64,000 bases of DNA, from positions 73,842,001-73,906,000 of the forward strand of contig OX597821.1 in NCBI GenBank assembly GCA_951406725.2, read 5' to 3'. Made by a program: the position numbers and the translations under genes. Positions within the stretch are counted from its first letter, which is position 1. Every line of letters starts with the position of its first letter. Below are positions 1 through 11,869 of the stretch, piece by piece. Below the pieces are notes generated by a model. The model saw only the letters and a program-made list of their open reading frames with translations. It was not told where the DNA came from and did not search any database. Origin of the DNA: Octopus vulgaris. Taxonomy: Eukaryota.

Positions 1-227
1 AGGTTGTCAAAGGGAGTGAAAAATCCAAATAGTAATATAATGATAAGAGTAAATAATTTCTATAAATAAATTTCTATAACTTTACAGAAGTTCCTGCCGG
101 TAATCGGCTATATTTACATACCGAATTCTACCAGTAAATAATTGGGGTTTTTTTAAAAGCCTTTATAGAAATTATTTACTCTTATCATTATATTACTATT
201 TGGATTTTTCACTCCCTTTGACAACCT
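1..227. repeat. Fold-back inverted repeat (arms 1-66 and 162-227; may extend beyond the window start)
   Basis: aggttgtcaaagggagtgaaaaatcc...tttctataaa is the exact reverse complement of tttatagaaa...tcactccctttgacaacct. Confidence 0.9.
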
Positions 228-672
228 AACTGTAGTGCGCATGGCAAAATTTTGGAGGGAAGATTTATGAATTCAAACGTCTATGTAGGTTTAGCCTTTG
301 CTCACTTTCTTCAAATATTTTGATGTCGCATGGTCAGAAGGTTTGAGGTACGTAGCATTTGATAAATCTATGATAAATCTTTTTCAATGGAAAGCTGTGC
401 TGAAGAAGGATGTGAAATATATTTGCAATATATATGAAATATATATCAAAAATATATGGAATATATATTCAATATGTTTATGATCCAGAAACATGATGTT
501 CACAGATAACCGCCAGACTTCGTATTCGTTATCTATTCCTTCTGTTTTGCATATGTGAATTACAGGGTCTGTCATGCCCGGAGTCCAACTTTGATAGAAA
601 TAAGCATTCTTGACTGCTATTTCTATTTTTTTCGGTATGCGGTCAAGCAACCTGTTTTGCCTGTCCCTTTTT

Positions 673-717
<45 letters not shown>

Positions 718-831
718 ATATTTCGGAATGGTCATATTGCCAGTTTAGCCAATAAAAACACACGCACTATATATTTGGTGTTATTTTGCTTCAGTGATAT
801 TTATTTTTTACATTAATCTTAATCTTATTTC

Positions 832-876
832 GGCCAAAGTTCTTTCGTCACACTCCTGTGACCGCATCAGTGGTCC
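832..876 (-). ncRNA. Variant minimal hammerhead ribozyme in the 3' region of the PLE
   Basis: Minus strand reads GGACCA-CUGAUG-CG-GUCACA-GGAG-UGUGAC-GAAA-G-AA-CUU-UGGCC: 6-bp stem II, 2-bp stem III, stem I CCA/UGG. It deviates from consensus at A9. Confidence 0.5.
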
Positions 877-1394
877 TTTGTTTTCTTCTCACTTACTTGT
901 GTCTCTCCTTACTAACCGTCAGCCATTTTGTATTTCTATTGTATGTCTTCATTTGCGCATGCTTATATCTCTATGTGCGTCTATGTTTATTTAGTGTGTG
1001 TGTGGGGGGGATGCCTGTAATATTTGTATCTTCTGGTTATATACATTCTTGTAATTTGTATTTTGTTTTTGTTGTTGTTGCTTTTGTTCTAATTTTGTTC
1101 ATGTGTTTACATCCACCCATTATTATCATTACATATGCTTGTATGTATGTATAACAACAATATTAGTAATAATAATAATAAATCTAATCGAGAAAAAAAA
1201 AAAAAAAAAGAATATACATATACATATATATATATATACATACATATACATATACATATATATATATATACATATATACACACATATATACACATATACA
1301 TATACATATATATACACATATACATATATATAGATATTCATTTCTATTTCTTTAATTACCTGTGTATTTATTATGTTTGCAGGATCCACTATTG

Positions 1395-2300
1395 TCATAT
1401 GTTGTGGTGTGCGCTATTGCTCCATTCTAGTTTTCTATTCAGGCTAGGTTTATTTTCTATTATATGTGTAGCTTCTGTAATTTGTCTAATTGTTGCATCT
1501 GTTCTATGTGTGGACAATATCTTAATCTCTATGTTATTGATTGATCCCCCGTGTTCTTGTTCGGCGTGTTGGTACAGAATCGATGAGCTTTTACCTTCCT
1601 TGAGTTGTCTCCAATGTTCATTCACCCGCTCACCAATGCTTCTTGCAGTTTCCCCTACGTATGTTACTGTCTTGTTACTGCATCGTCCCTCTATACATCT
1701 TATACTATAGACCACATTTCTGGCTTTACAGTTCGTTTGTGGGCTAAATCTACATACAGTGCAATAGTTTTCCGTACAGAGAGTTCTACTAAAAGGATAG
1801 GTTCTACCAATTATAGATCTGATAGGGTTGCCTGGCTTTTCAACAACCTTAATTCTTAGTTTAAGTTTATCTAGGGTCCTTCTAAAGCGGTACGCTAGTT
1901 CACCTCCAGGGGTGGTGTCAACGAACATGACACTCTGGTATTTATGGCTATCATACCAAGTGTTGGCCTTCCTTATTTTCTTTTTTGTCCTTTCTATAGT
2001 GTTCCATGACTTGTTCCTATATAGTGGGCAAATCCCATTCCTATCATTACATAATATATTATCAAATTTCTTCATGGCTCCTTTGTATACTCTGATCCTT
2101 TCTTTATGGCTGTAACCTGAGAACTGCATGCGGTGAATGAAATACTGTATGTGTCTCTTTAATTCTGTAGGCTCGCACATGCGTGACACATTTCTCATTA
2201 TTCTGACGAGGTCTGCCATCAAAATATTGAATTTGGCATTGCCCGCAATGGCTGAGTTCCGGTGGATCAGGTATTTTGAGGCCATAGGTTTTGCATAGTA
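1395..2300 (-). pseudogene. PLE polyprotein C-terminal part: RT thumb, Cys-rich linker and GIY-YIG endonuclease (open frame, N-terminally truncated)
   Basis: 296-aa ORF preceded in frame by YYAKP (YYAKPMASKYLIHRNSA; RMQFSGY). Linker CTENYCTVC..NC. GIY-YIG motif NVVYSIRC...[17 protein letters not shown]...HAEQEH...RQITEATHI...PSLN. The RT catalytic core is missing. Confidence 0.9.
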
Positions 2301-2472
2301 TGAATGAAGGAATGGGATTTGCCCACTATATAGTGCGTGTGTTTTTATTGGCTAAACTGGCAATATGACCATTCCGAAATATAACAATATCTGTTTCAAC
2401 ACACGACTTCACATAAAAAATCTTGCACAACAAATATTTAAACGTATATATATATGTATATATATATAATTA

Positions 2473-2710
2473 ACATTTGATGGATATTTGTCCTCATCTT
2501 GTTTGTTGTTAGCACAACATTTCGGCTGATATATCCTCAAAAGGAATGAAAACCCAGGTTCGAAGTTTCCCCAAGACACCTGATGAAGGCTGGAGAGTAT
2601 ATCAGCCTAAACGTTGTGCTAACAACAAACAAGATGAAGACAAATATCCGTCAAATGCAAATAATGTAAATAATGTACACAATTCTTCATTTCTTAAATA
2701 TAGAACTGTA
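2473..2710 (+). mobile_element. Hammerhead-bearing fold-back element, copy 1
   Basis: Inverted arm 2474-2538 matches ~2594-2657. The right copy has gacac-CTGATGA-aggctg...cagcc-(t)AAACGTT-gtgct and a 3' tail ending ttaaatatagaactgta. Homologous to 33725-34092 and 47038-47374. Confidence 0.85.
2575..2620 (+). ncRNA. Minimal type-I hammerhead ribozyme (GAAA mutated to TAAA, probably inactive)
   Basis: CUGAUGA core, GGCUG/CAGCC stem II, AACGUU palindromic stem III, stem I GACAC/GUGCU. Confidence 0.65.
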
Positions 2711-2728
2711 ATATATATATATACACAC

Positions 2729-2768
<40 letters not shown>

Positions 2769-2771
<3 letters not shown>

Positions 2772-3187
2772 CGCAGGCGTGGCTGTGTGGTAAGTAGCTT
2801 GTTTACCAACCACATGGTTCCGGGTTCAGTCCCACTGCGTGGTATCTTGGGCAAGTATCTTCTACTATAGCCTCGGGCCGACCAAAGCCTTGTGAGTGGA
2901 TTTGGTAGACGGAAACTGAAAGAAGCCTGTCGTATATATGTATATATATATATATATGTGTGTCTATGTTTGTGTGTCTGTGTTTGTCCCCCTAGCATTG
3001 CTTGACAACTGATGCTGGTGTGTTTATGTCCCCGTTACTTAGCGGTTCGGCAAAAGAGACCGATAGAATAAGTACTGGGCTTACAAAAGAATAAGTCCCG
3101 GGGTCGAGTTGCTCGATTAAAGGCGGTGCTCCAGCATGGCCGCAGTCAAAATGACTGAAACAAGTAAAAGAGTAAAGAGTAAAGAGT
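2769..3187 (+). mobile_element. tRNA-derived SINE family A, full length
   Basis: A-box tggctgtgtgg, B-box gggttcagtccc, ccttgggcaag-like core, internal TA/TG tract, tail gctccagcatggccgcagtcaaatgactgaaac(aagagta)n. Several near-identical copies occur in the window. Confidence 0.9.
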
Positions 3188-3269
3188 AATATATATATAT
3201 ATATATACACACATTTATATATATATATATATATATTATACACACACACATATATATATATATACACAC

Positions 3270-3335
<66 letters not shown>

Positions 3336-3407
3336 CTATATATATATACACATATACATTTATATGTATATATATATGTATGTATCTATATATATACACA
3401 TATACAT

Positions 3408-3455
<48 letters not shown>

Positions 3456-3644
3456 CTATATATATATACACATATACATTTATATGTATATATATATATA
3501 TGTATGTATCTATATATATATACACATATACATTTATATGTATATATATACACATTTATATGTATATATATACATTTATAAATATACATATATATGTATA
3601 CATACATATGTATATATATATATGTACATATAAACATGTATGTA

Positions 3645-3705
<61 letters not shown>

Positions 3706-3725
3706 GAGTGTGAGTATGTGTGAGT
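3188..3725. repeat. Compound (TA)n/(CA)n microsatellite with ~50-bp higher-order units
   Basis: Repeated tgtatgtatctata...cacatatacatttatatg blocks. Confidence 0.9.
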
Positions 3726-3748
3726 ACGCGTATTTGTGTGTCTGTGTG

Positions 3749-4083
3749 TATTGGGTTACCGGAATCTCCAAGAAGACAGTTGACCAAGACGCTATGTGGC
3801 GGGATCGAACTAGGAAACACGGACTTGCAACACAATCTTCTCAACCACAAACCCATGCATGCGCCTACATCTGTGTATGTATGTGTGTGTGTGTGTAAAT
3901 GTATATATATATAGAGAGAGAGAGACATACCTATATACACACATATATGTGTGCATATGTATGTATGCATGTGTGCGTAACGAATGTAGAAGAGAGATCG
4001 AGAAAAAAGCATGCGTGTGTATGAGTCTGTGTATACATGCATGTGTGTGTGTTTTCAAACCTGAATTTATCTTTCCCACTGAT
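3749..4083. repeat. Left arm of a ~335-bp inverted duplication (partner 7026-7382)
   Basis: Degenerate SINE-A head plus flanking sequence, reverse-complement matching 7026-7382. Confidence 0.9.
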
Positions 4084-4796
4084 GTATAGATCCTAGACGG
4101 GTTGTAAGAATCCTGGGTTCATAAATAATTACAACAATTTACTGCAGTGATTATGTTTCATACCATGGTAGCCTTAAAGATCGATCTCTCTTCTTATCGC
4201 CAATATTTATGAGTCTAGAAAGATCTGTCTATTTCAGACTGACACTGACTCCTGATGCAATACTAAAACAACATTCTGCCTCTTAAGTCAAAATTCCTAC
4301 CGAAAATCTAAGAGTCAAGACAAATTTAATGTATTCGAAATTTCCAAGCGACAACTTTGAAAGCCAACTGTTTACATAGCGTTAACCATTCCAGAATAAA
4401 TGCGTTTCAATATAATCTTTCATGTTTCGTAATAAGCATAGCAAAAGGAATGCCAAGATGTTCTTATATGATGTATAAGCTATGATAATTTTCACTGGAA
4501 ATTTCCTTCCCCTGTTTCCGCTGTTGTCAGCCATTTGCTTTTGCTCTTTCTAGAGTCTGTCGGAAGCACCGCTATGTAGTGCAGTTATACTTGTTTTAGT
4601 ATTGCATTTTGATTTCAGAATATAAACAAATTAAGTATTTTTCAAAATTATAAGATTTTTAGAATGTTATGGAGGACCCTGAAATTCTTAGCGTTTACTT
4701 ATGGAATTGTAGGTATAATAGTTGACAAAATGACGTGAGCATTACTGAAGACAAAGTCTTAGGAGAGGACATTTCGAAAATAATATTCTGTTTGCG

Positions 4797-5088
4797 AAGG
4801 CACGAGGCCAAGTGGTTAGAGTTTTGCACTCACCATTGCTACTAGGTCGTGGTTTCGATTCCCGGACCGAGCGGTGCATTGTGTTCTTGAGCAAAACATT
4901 TCATTTCACGTTGCTCCAGTCCACTCAGCTAGCAAAAATGAGTGCTAGCCCTGCAACAGAGTAGACTTTCGATTAGGGGAAATGTGGACCTGTTCACCTA
5001 CCCGGGGTGGCATCTTCCAAAAGCAAAAATGATGCATAACGTATTGTGACAAGCAATGTAAACAACATCCAATAGTCAGTTCGATCAC
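4797..5088 (+). mobile_element. tRNA-derived SINE family D, diverged
   Basis: ggccaagtggttaga...ggtttcgattccc...gtgttcttgagcaaaaca...ttgctccagtccactcagct; homologous to 36977-37210. Confidence 0.7.
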
Positions 5089-5092
5089 GTGT

Positions 5093-5134
<42 letters not shown>

Positions 5135-5217
5135 GTGTCTGCTATGTCTATCTATATCCGTCTATTTGTCTACCTATCTGTCTATACATCCATCCATCCA
5201 GCTATCCAGCCATTCAT

Positions 5218-5283
<66 letters not shown>

Positions 5284-5859
5284 GTCCGTCTGCATGTCTC
5301 TCTCTCTCTCTCTCTCTCTCTGTCCGCATGTCTGTCTGTCTGTCTGTCTGTCTATCCCTGAACTTTTCTTTTAATCAATGGACCTAGTAAAGGTATGTCA
5401 GCTGTCACTTGCGCACGCAGAAAGATGAGCAAGTATGTATAATGTATGTGTGAGTGTGTTTCTATACACGTAAGACTGCATGCATGTTCACGTATATATG
5501 TATGTACAAAAAAAAGTATTTATGTCTGTATCGACGCACATACGTATATATCTTACTATATATATCCGCATACATCAATATATACGAAGTGTGTACAATC
5601 ACATTAACAAACACACATAAGCACACGTATGCTTGTTTAAAAAAAATATATATATAAAACTCTTAATCTGATCCCCGCCATGTAATACATACATTAAGAC
5701 ACCGAGCGTCTTTTACAGAAATTTCACAGATATTTGTATAAATCCGTATTTGTGTATGTATATATATTTGTGTATATGCGCAGAAATATACACGCAGGAG
5801 CGCATTCGGATGTAAGATAGTTTGTGTAACATGTCACTCATAATGGCTGTTTCGGTAGG

Positions 5860-5874
5860 AGCATCTAACATGTG

Positions 5875-5937
<63 letters not shown>

Positions 5938-5961
5938 TGTGTGTATACGTATGTATGTATG

Positions 5962-6001
<40 letters not shown>

Positions 6002-6236
6002 GGATGTGTGTATACGTATGTATGTGTGCAATATATATATATATACATATGTGTGTATACGTATGTATGCAATATATATATTTGTTTATATGTATATATA
6101 CATATATATATGTATGAGTGTATGTACGAATGTTTTGTTTTTTGTGTGTATGTATGTAAGCATGTATCTTTGTATGTAAGACTGTTAGCATATATTATGT
6201 ATGTCTTGCTCACTGACTCAATCTCTATCCATCGAT

Positions 6237-6284
<48 letters not shown>

Positions 6285-6334
6285 TAATCACACATGAATT
6301 CATATATACATATATATATATATATATACTTATA

Positions 6335-6369
<35 letters not shown>

Positions 6370-6399
6370 TCATATATATGTGGATGTGTGTATATATAT

Positions 6400-6454
<55 letters not shown>

Positions 6455-6530
6455 CATATATATATACTCGCTTAGATATACATATAAGTATTGTGTGTAT
6501 GTATGTGTGTATATTTGTGTGTGTGTGTCG
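5860..6530. repeat. Compound TA/CA/TG microsatellite block
   Basis: Direct inspection. Confidence 0.9.
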
Positions 6531-7025
6531 ATGTATTTTTGTGAAGGTATAACGAATAAAAAAAAAATGAAACTTTTCAAAGTAGAAAAGAAAGAAACGG
6601 TTGAGAGTTGAATTGAAACCTTTCCAATGACAAAACTCGAAATATTAAAATAGAAAAACCAACAAAGAAAAGAAAACAAGACAAACGAAACAACAAAAAC
6701 CAAAAATGATGAAATAAATTACAAAAAAAAAAAAGAAGCGAAAAATCGGGAAAAAAAGTTGACTGGGGGGTGGGTTGTAGGGAGAAAAGGATACAAATAA
6801 ACAAATGTTGAGAGAGAGAGAGAGGAACAAGAACAAGAAGAACAATAAGCACAACTAACGAAGAGCGATGTAATATTAAAAAAAAAAAATTTGTGTAAAA
6901 TATAAATATAAAAAAAAACCCAGAAGCAAGCCGACAATTTTCTCGCCTCTCCAATAATAATTGTAGGCGTTCGATGTAATTTTATGAACAAGTCAAGTAT
7001 TTGATTTTTCCTCGCTTCGATTTTA

Positions 7026-7193
7026 ATCAGTGGGAAAGATAAATTCAGGTTTGAAAACACACACACACACACACACACATGCATGTATACACAGACTCAT
7101 ACACACGCATGCATTTTACTCGATCTCTCTTCTACATTCCTTACGCATACATGCATACATACATGTGCACACATATATGTGTATATAGGTATG

Positions 7194-7229
<36 letters not shown>

Positions 7230-7382
7230 TACACACATACACACACACATACATACACAGTTGTAGGCGCATGCATGGGTTTGTGGTTGAGAAGATTGTG
7301 TTGCAAGTCGGTGTTTCCTGGTTCGATCCCGCCACATAGCGTCTTGGTCAACTGTCTTCTTGGAGATTCCGGTAACCCAATA
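7026..7382. repeat. Right arm of the inverted duplication (partner 3749-4083)
   Basis: atcagtgggaaagataaattcagg...ccggtaacccaata is the reverse complement of 3749-4083 with few substitutions. Confidence 0.9.
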
Positions 7383-7511
7383 CCTTGTGACTGGAATTTC
7401 GTAAATGGAAACTCATCTGCGCGCGCGTGTTAACACACACACACATATATATATATACTCGTATACATACACACACGCAAATATATATATGTATATATAT
7501 ATAACTTATAA

Positions 7512-7734
7512 ATAAGGGAAAAATAAAAAAAACTCTTATGCCAAATATGCCAAGAAATAGACTTTAAATCGTTAATAACCACATATAATTCATCACTAAA
7601 AGCACGTGTATCGAAGCAAGCTGACAGAAATTTCTAAATAATTCCGTTAGTGATGAATTATATGTGGTTATTGACGATTTAAAGTCTATTTCTCGGCATA
7701 TTTGGCATAAGAATTTTTTTTATTTTGCCCTTAT
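7512..7734. repeat. Fold-back inverted repeat (arms 7512-7599 and 7647-7734, 47-bp spacer)
   Basis: ataaggg...cttatgccaaatatgcc...aattcatcactaa versus ttagtgatgaatt...ggcatatttggcataag...cccttat. Confidence 0.9.
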
Positions 7735-8024
7735 AACTTGTTTATAATTTTCAACTTAAAAGGTATTTTTAAAAAAAATATGCTGGCCACTGATTACATT
7801 TTTTTGAAATGTTATCCTACATTAGATGTACACACACACTCACATACGTGTGTGTGTATCTGTCTTTACCTTAGTACAGGTCTAGAGTCCTGTCTTATGT
7901 TGCGCTCCGTTTTGCGTCCGCACCACAGCGGATCGTCCAGTGCAGACGACTGTTACGCACACACCATTTTTCTCCCTAGATCTACAGATTTCAGTCTTAA
8001 CATTTCATTCATTCCATCCTAGAT

Positions 8025-8380
8025 ATCTGGTAGAATCGTGGGCACACCGGCCAAAATGCTGGTCGCCATTTCGTCCGTCTTAACGTTTCTGAGTTCAAAA
8101 TCCGTCAAGGTCGACCTTACTTTTCGTCCCCATTCGGGGTGGATAAAAAAGATACCTATTTCTTTACTACCCACAAGGGGCTAAACACAGAGGGGACAAA
8201 CAAGGACAGACAAAGGGATTAAATCGATCATATCGACCCCAGTGCGTAACTGGTACTTAATTTATCGACCCTGAAAGGATGAAAAGCAAAGTCGTGGATA
8301 AAATAGATACCAGTTGGACACTAGGGTCGATATAATCGACTTAGCCCCAAACCTGCTGGCCTTGTACCGAAATTGGAACC
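8025..8380 (+). mobile_element. SINE family B copy interrupted by an antisense 5'-truncated family-B fragment with ~18-bp target-site duplication
   Basis: gtggataaaaaagatacc (8139-8156) and gtggataaaatagatacc (8294-8311) flank a minus-strand tail fragment. Confidence 0.8.
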
Positions 8381-8829
8381 AGTTATTTTTTCCCTTCTTT
8401 CCTTCCTTCCTTCCTTCCTTCCTTCCTCTTGCAATCCATCTCAATCGCTCAGTTTTTAGTCATACTCTCTCCCTCTCGTTCACCCTCTCTCTATATCATT
8501 ACACAATCTACTTCGTCTCTTTAAACTCACTATTTCTCTGTCTATATTTTTGTCCCCCTACATCTCTCTCTCTCTCTCCTTCCCATCCTCTCACTATCTC
8601 TTCGTTTCCCCTTTTGCACAACTCATTCTACTTGACACAATCTTACCTGCCATTTATTGGCATTCTTCCCCGTTCTTTCTTCTCTCCATTCTTCTTAATA
8701 TCTTCCTGTTTTTCTTTCTTCCAAATCTCTCTCTACTACTTAACCTCACACAAGCTCTATCTCTCTATTTCTGTCTCTCTCTTCTCTCTCTTCCACACAC
8801 AGGTGTGGGTATGTTCATATTTGTGCATG

Positions 8830-8931
<102 letters not shown>

Positions 8932-9266
8932 GGTTTATCTAACTGTCCTATCTATCTGTCCATCCATCTATCTATCTCTGTCTATCTATCTAAACATACA
9001 TACATACATACATATATATGTGTGTGTGTGTGTATACACAGACACACACAGACAGACATATACACATATATATATACATATAATATACATATATATTTTT
9101 GCATGTGTGTATATGTAAGTGCGCATGTTGTTTATGTGTATATCTATCTTTCTAGATTTCTTTTTCTCATTCGCTCTCTTTACCATTTTCTTCTCCTTTT
9201 TCTTTTTCTTCTTCGTTTCCATCTTCTTCCTCATTTGCTATTATCGTTTGTGTTCACTTTCTCCTG

Positions 9267-9322
<56 letters not shown>

Positions 9323-9631
9323 ACACACGCAGTGTCTTTTTTCATCTTTCTTCTTGAGCATCTCACCCTTTTTATTTCTTTATACCCCTCTCTTAGTCTC
9401 TCACTCTTCCTTTCTCTTTTTCTCCCTCTGCGTTTCCTTCCACCCTCCCCCACCGTCCCTTTCTTTCTTCTTATCTATTTCTGGTAAACAAAAATTCTTT
9501 AAAATAATTGAAGACATCAAGTAGCAGAAACCAAAAAAAAAAAACAAAAGAAAAAAAGATAAACGGCAAAAACCTGTGACGGAATAAAGTAGGTGGTTCA
9601 GGTGTGAAAGAGTGCTCAAAGAGAACAGAGG

Positions 9632-9677
<46 letters not shown>

Positions 9678-11869
9678 GAAGAAAGGGAAAAAGAGAGATA
9701 AGAGAGAGAGAGAGAGAGAGAGTGAGACAGAAAGCGATAAAGAGAGAGAAAAAGAGCAGCGGTTGCAACAGCAATGGTGGGTGTTGCTTAGCTCGATGGT
9801 GTAGGGCGAGGGTGGCGAATAAACCATTCTTCAGTCGAGTATGTTCAAAAGGAAAAACACAATAAAACGTGAAAAGAGTCTTCGATGCGTATTAGTTCAG
9901 TTAATAGAGTAGAAATTCAATGGAAAGCTCTGTAATCTTGTGCCGCCAAAGATCACCATTTAACAGGAGAATCGTAGCGCCATAACAGCAAGGATCTTTT
10001 TGCTTCGGTGCTTATAGACATAGAGAAGAGTTAAAAATAGGAATATAAAAAAAAATCTAATTAGGCAAATTAGGGAACAGGGATAGAGTGAAAGTTGGCA
10101 TGAAAGACAAAACACTGTGCCAAGACTGAAGACGTTAAAGGAAGATATGTCTGAAAATCTCATTTGCATAATAACACACCTTGCGGGCAAATAATCAATC
10201 GGAAAAAGAAAAAGGCGGGCTTCTGGCATTGAACAAACCTCTGAAACGGTTCCGACAACGAAAATAGAGAAAGAGAAGGAAAGAGGCGGAGAAGAAGAAG
10301 GAGGAGGAGGGAGAGGCGGAGAAGGAGGCGAAGATGATGATGAAGAAGAAAAGAGCAAGAAGGCAAAGTAGGAAATGAAAGTAGAAATAGTAGTAGTAGT
10401 AGTAGTAGTAGTAGTGAAAAGAAATGGCAGAAGATGGAGAGAAAGAGAGAGAGAGAGAAAGAGAGAAATAAAGAAGCAAACTGCAAAAACGAGCAGAGAA
10501 TTGGTCATTTGGTAACGATTCTGACACCCTTCTAATTATTTCTTCGTTGCTTGATGACTCTTGACTAATGAGTCAGGGGACGCTGGTTCGAGATGAACCG
10601 ACGTTACAGTCGAAGAAGAAAAATACAGTCATCGGCCCCTCACAATATTTTTTTTATATCTCTTCCTCCTCCTCATCATCATCGCCATCATCATCATCGC
10701 CATCATCATCGTCGTCGTCATCATCACCGTCATCATAATTGCCATCATCATCGCCATCATCATCGTCATCGCCATCCTCATCACCATCGTCATCATCATC
10801 GTCATAGTCATCATCATCATCGTCAGTGGTAGTAGTAGTTATTGTTGTAGCGTTCTTTAATGTTACCTCCTTTTTCTTATCATTTTCTTTTCTCTCTCCT
10901 TTCAAATTGCTTCCTTTTTTTTTTTACTCCCCCTTTTTTTTTCTCTCCTTTTCATGCCTCTTTATTTTTTATAACTGTTATTTTTGCCTCTTTGACAAAA
11001 GTGTAGCCACTTTAAATTACAAGGTCTTTGCAGCAAAGAAAAACCAAAGTTATAAAGACACACAATGTGCCAGCAATCAGCGAGAAAAACCCAACCAAAA
11101 GAACCGCCCTTGAATTCGATGAAGAAAGTCATTGAAGGAGCACAGCAGCTCATTTGCCAGATGCAGTCCCTTCTCTATTCTTTTTTTAATATGTTTTTTT
11201 TCTTCTCATTTCTATCTTCCCAAACTCCTTCCATCCTTTTACTTTTCTTTATAGTCTCATTGTTTCTTTTCGCCATTGTTATTTTCTCCATGTTCCTATT
11301 CTTAAAAAAACAAAAACAAATCAAAACATAACATTATTATTTTCTCTGTTCTATTCAGAAAAATAAACCAACGGATCATAACTTGCTCCCACGCCACCAC
11401 CACCCCTAAAAAAAATACCAAAAAAACCAAAAAAAAAAAAGAAACATTAAAAAGAAAATTATGGGATTCCAGGGCATCGCCTTGGCAGAGATGGTGGCAC
11501 CACTGGAATAATTGACTTCCACTGTAAAGTTTCGTGTCGTCAGCGTCTCACTTGTGTTGACACAGAGAGCGAGGGGTTTGTTTTTTTTTTTTTATCCTGC
11601 GGACTTAATAAATACCTGCTAGTAATTCCGATAATATAGCAGCCTTGGGATCTTGATGGTGCTGGATTATCAAATATGCTGGTGTAATTAACTCAAATAT
11701 ACAACTTGAATACATTCATTCAACCATAAACCTGCTAATTGTACCTAGTCGTAGGACCACCAACGACGGCGAGGGGTATTAAGTGGCCATTCGACTTGGT
11801 AGGAATAAAAATCGCATCTACCGTCTAACATATTAGAAGTATACAGTGAACAATGTAGTAATTGTAACT

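Larger units (their letters stand above)
713..2387 (-). mobile_element. 5'-truncated Penelope-like retroelement bounded by ~60-bp inverted terminal segments
   Basis: Contains the RT-thumb/GIY-YIG ORF. Segment 713-773 (ttgttatatttcggaatggtcatattgccagtttagccaataaaaacacacgcactatata) recurs inverted at 2327-2387, like the inverted pseudo-LTR arrangement of PLE insertions. Confidence 0.85.

Noticed and set aside
2769-2840. tRNA genes at SINE heads
   Set aside because: A/B boxes are present but continue into SINE bodies without a complete cloverleaf.
11466-11508. Short hairpin ttccag...ctggaa as a possible pre-miRNA
   Set aside because: Too short and poorly paired.
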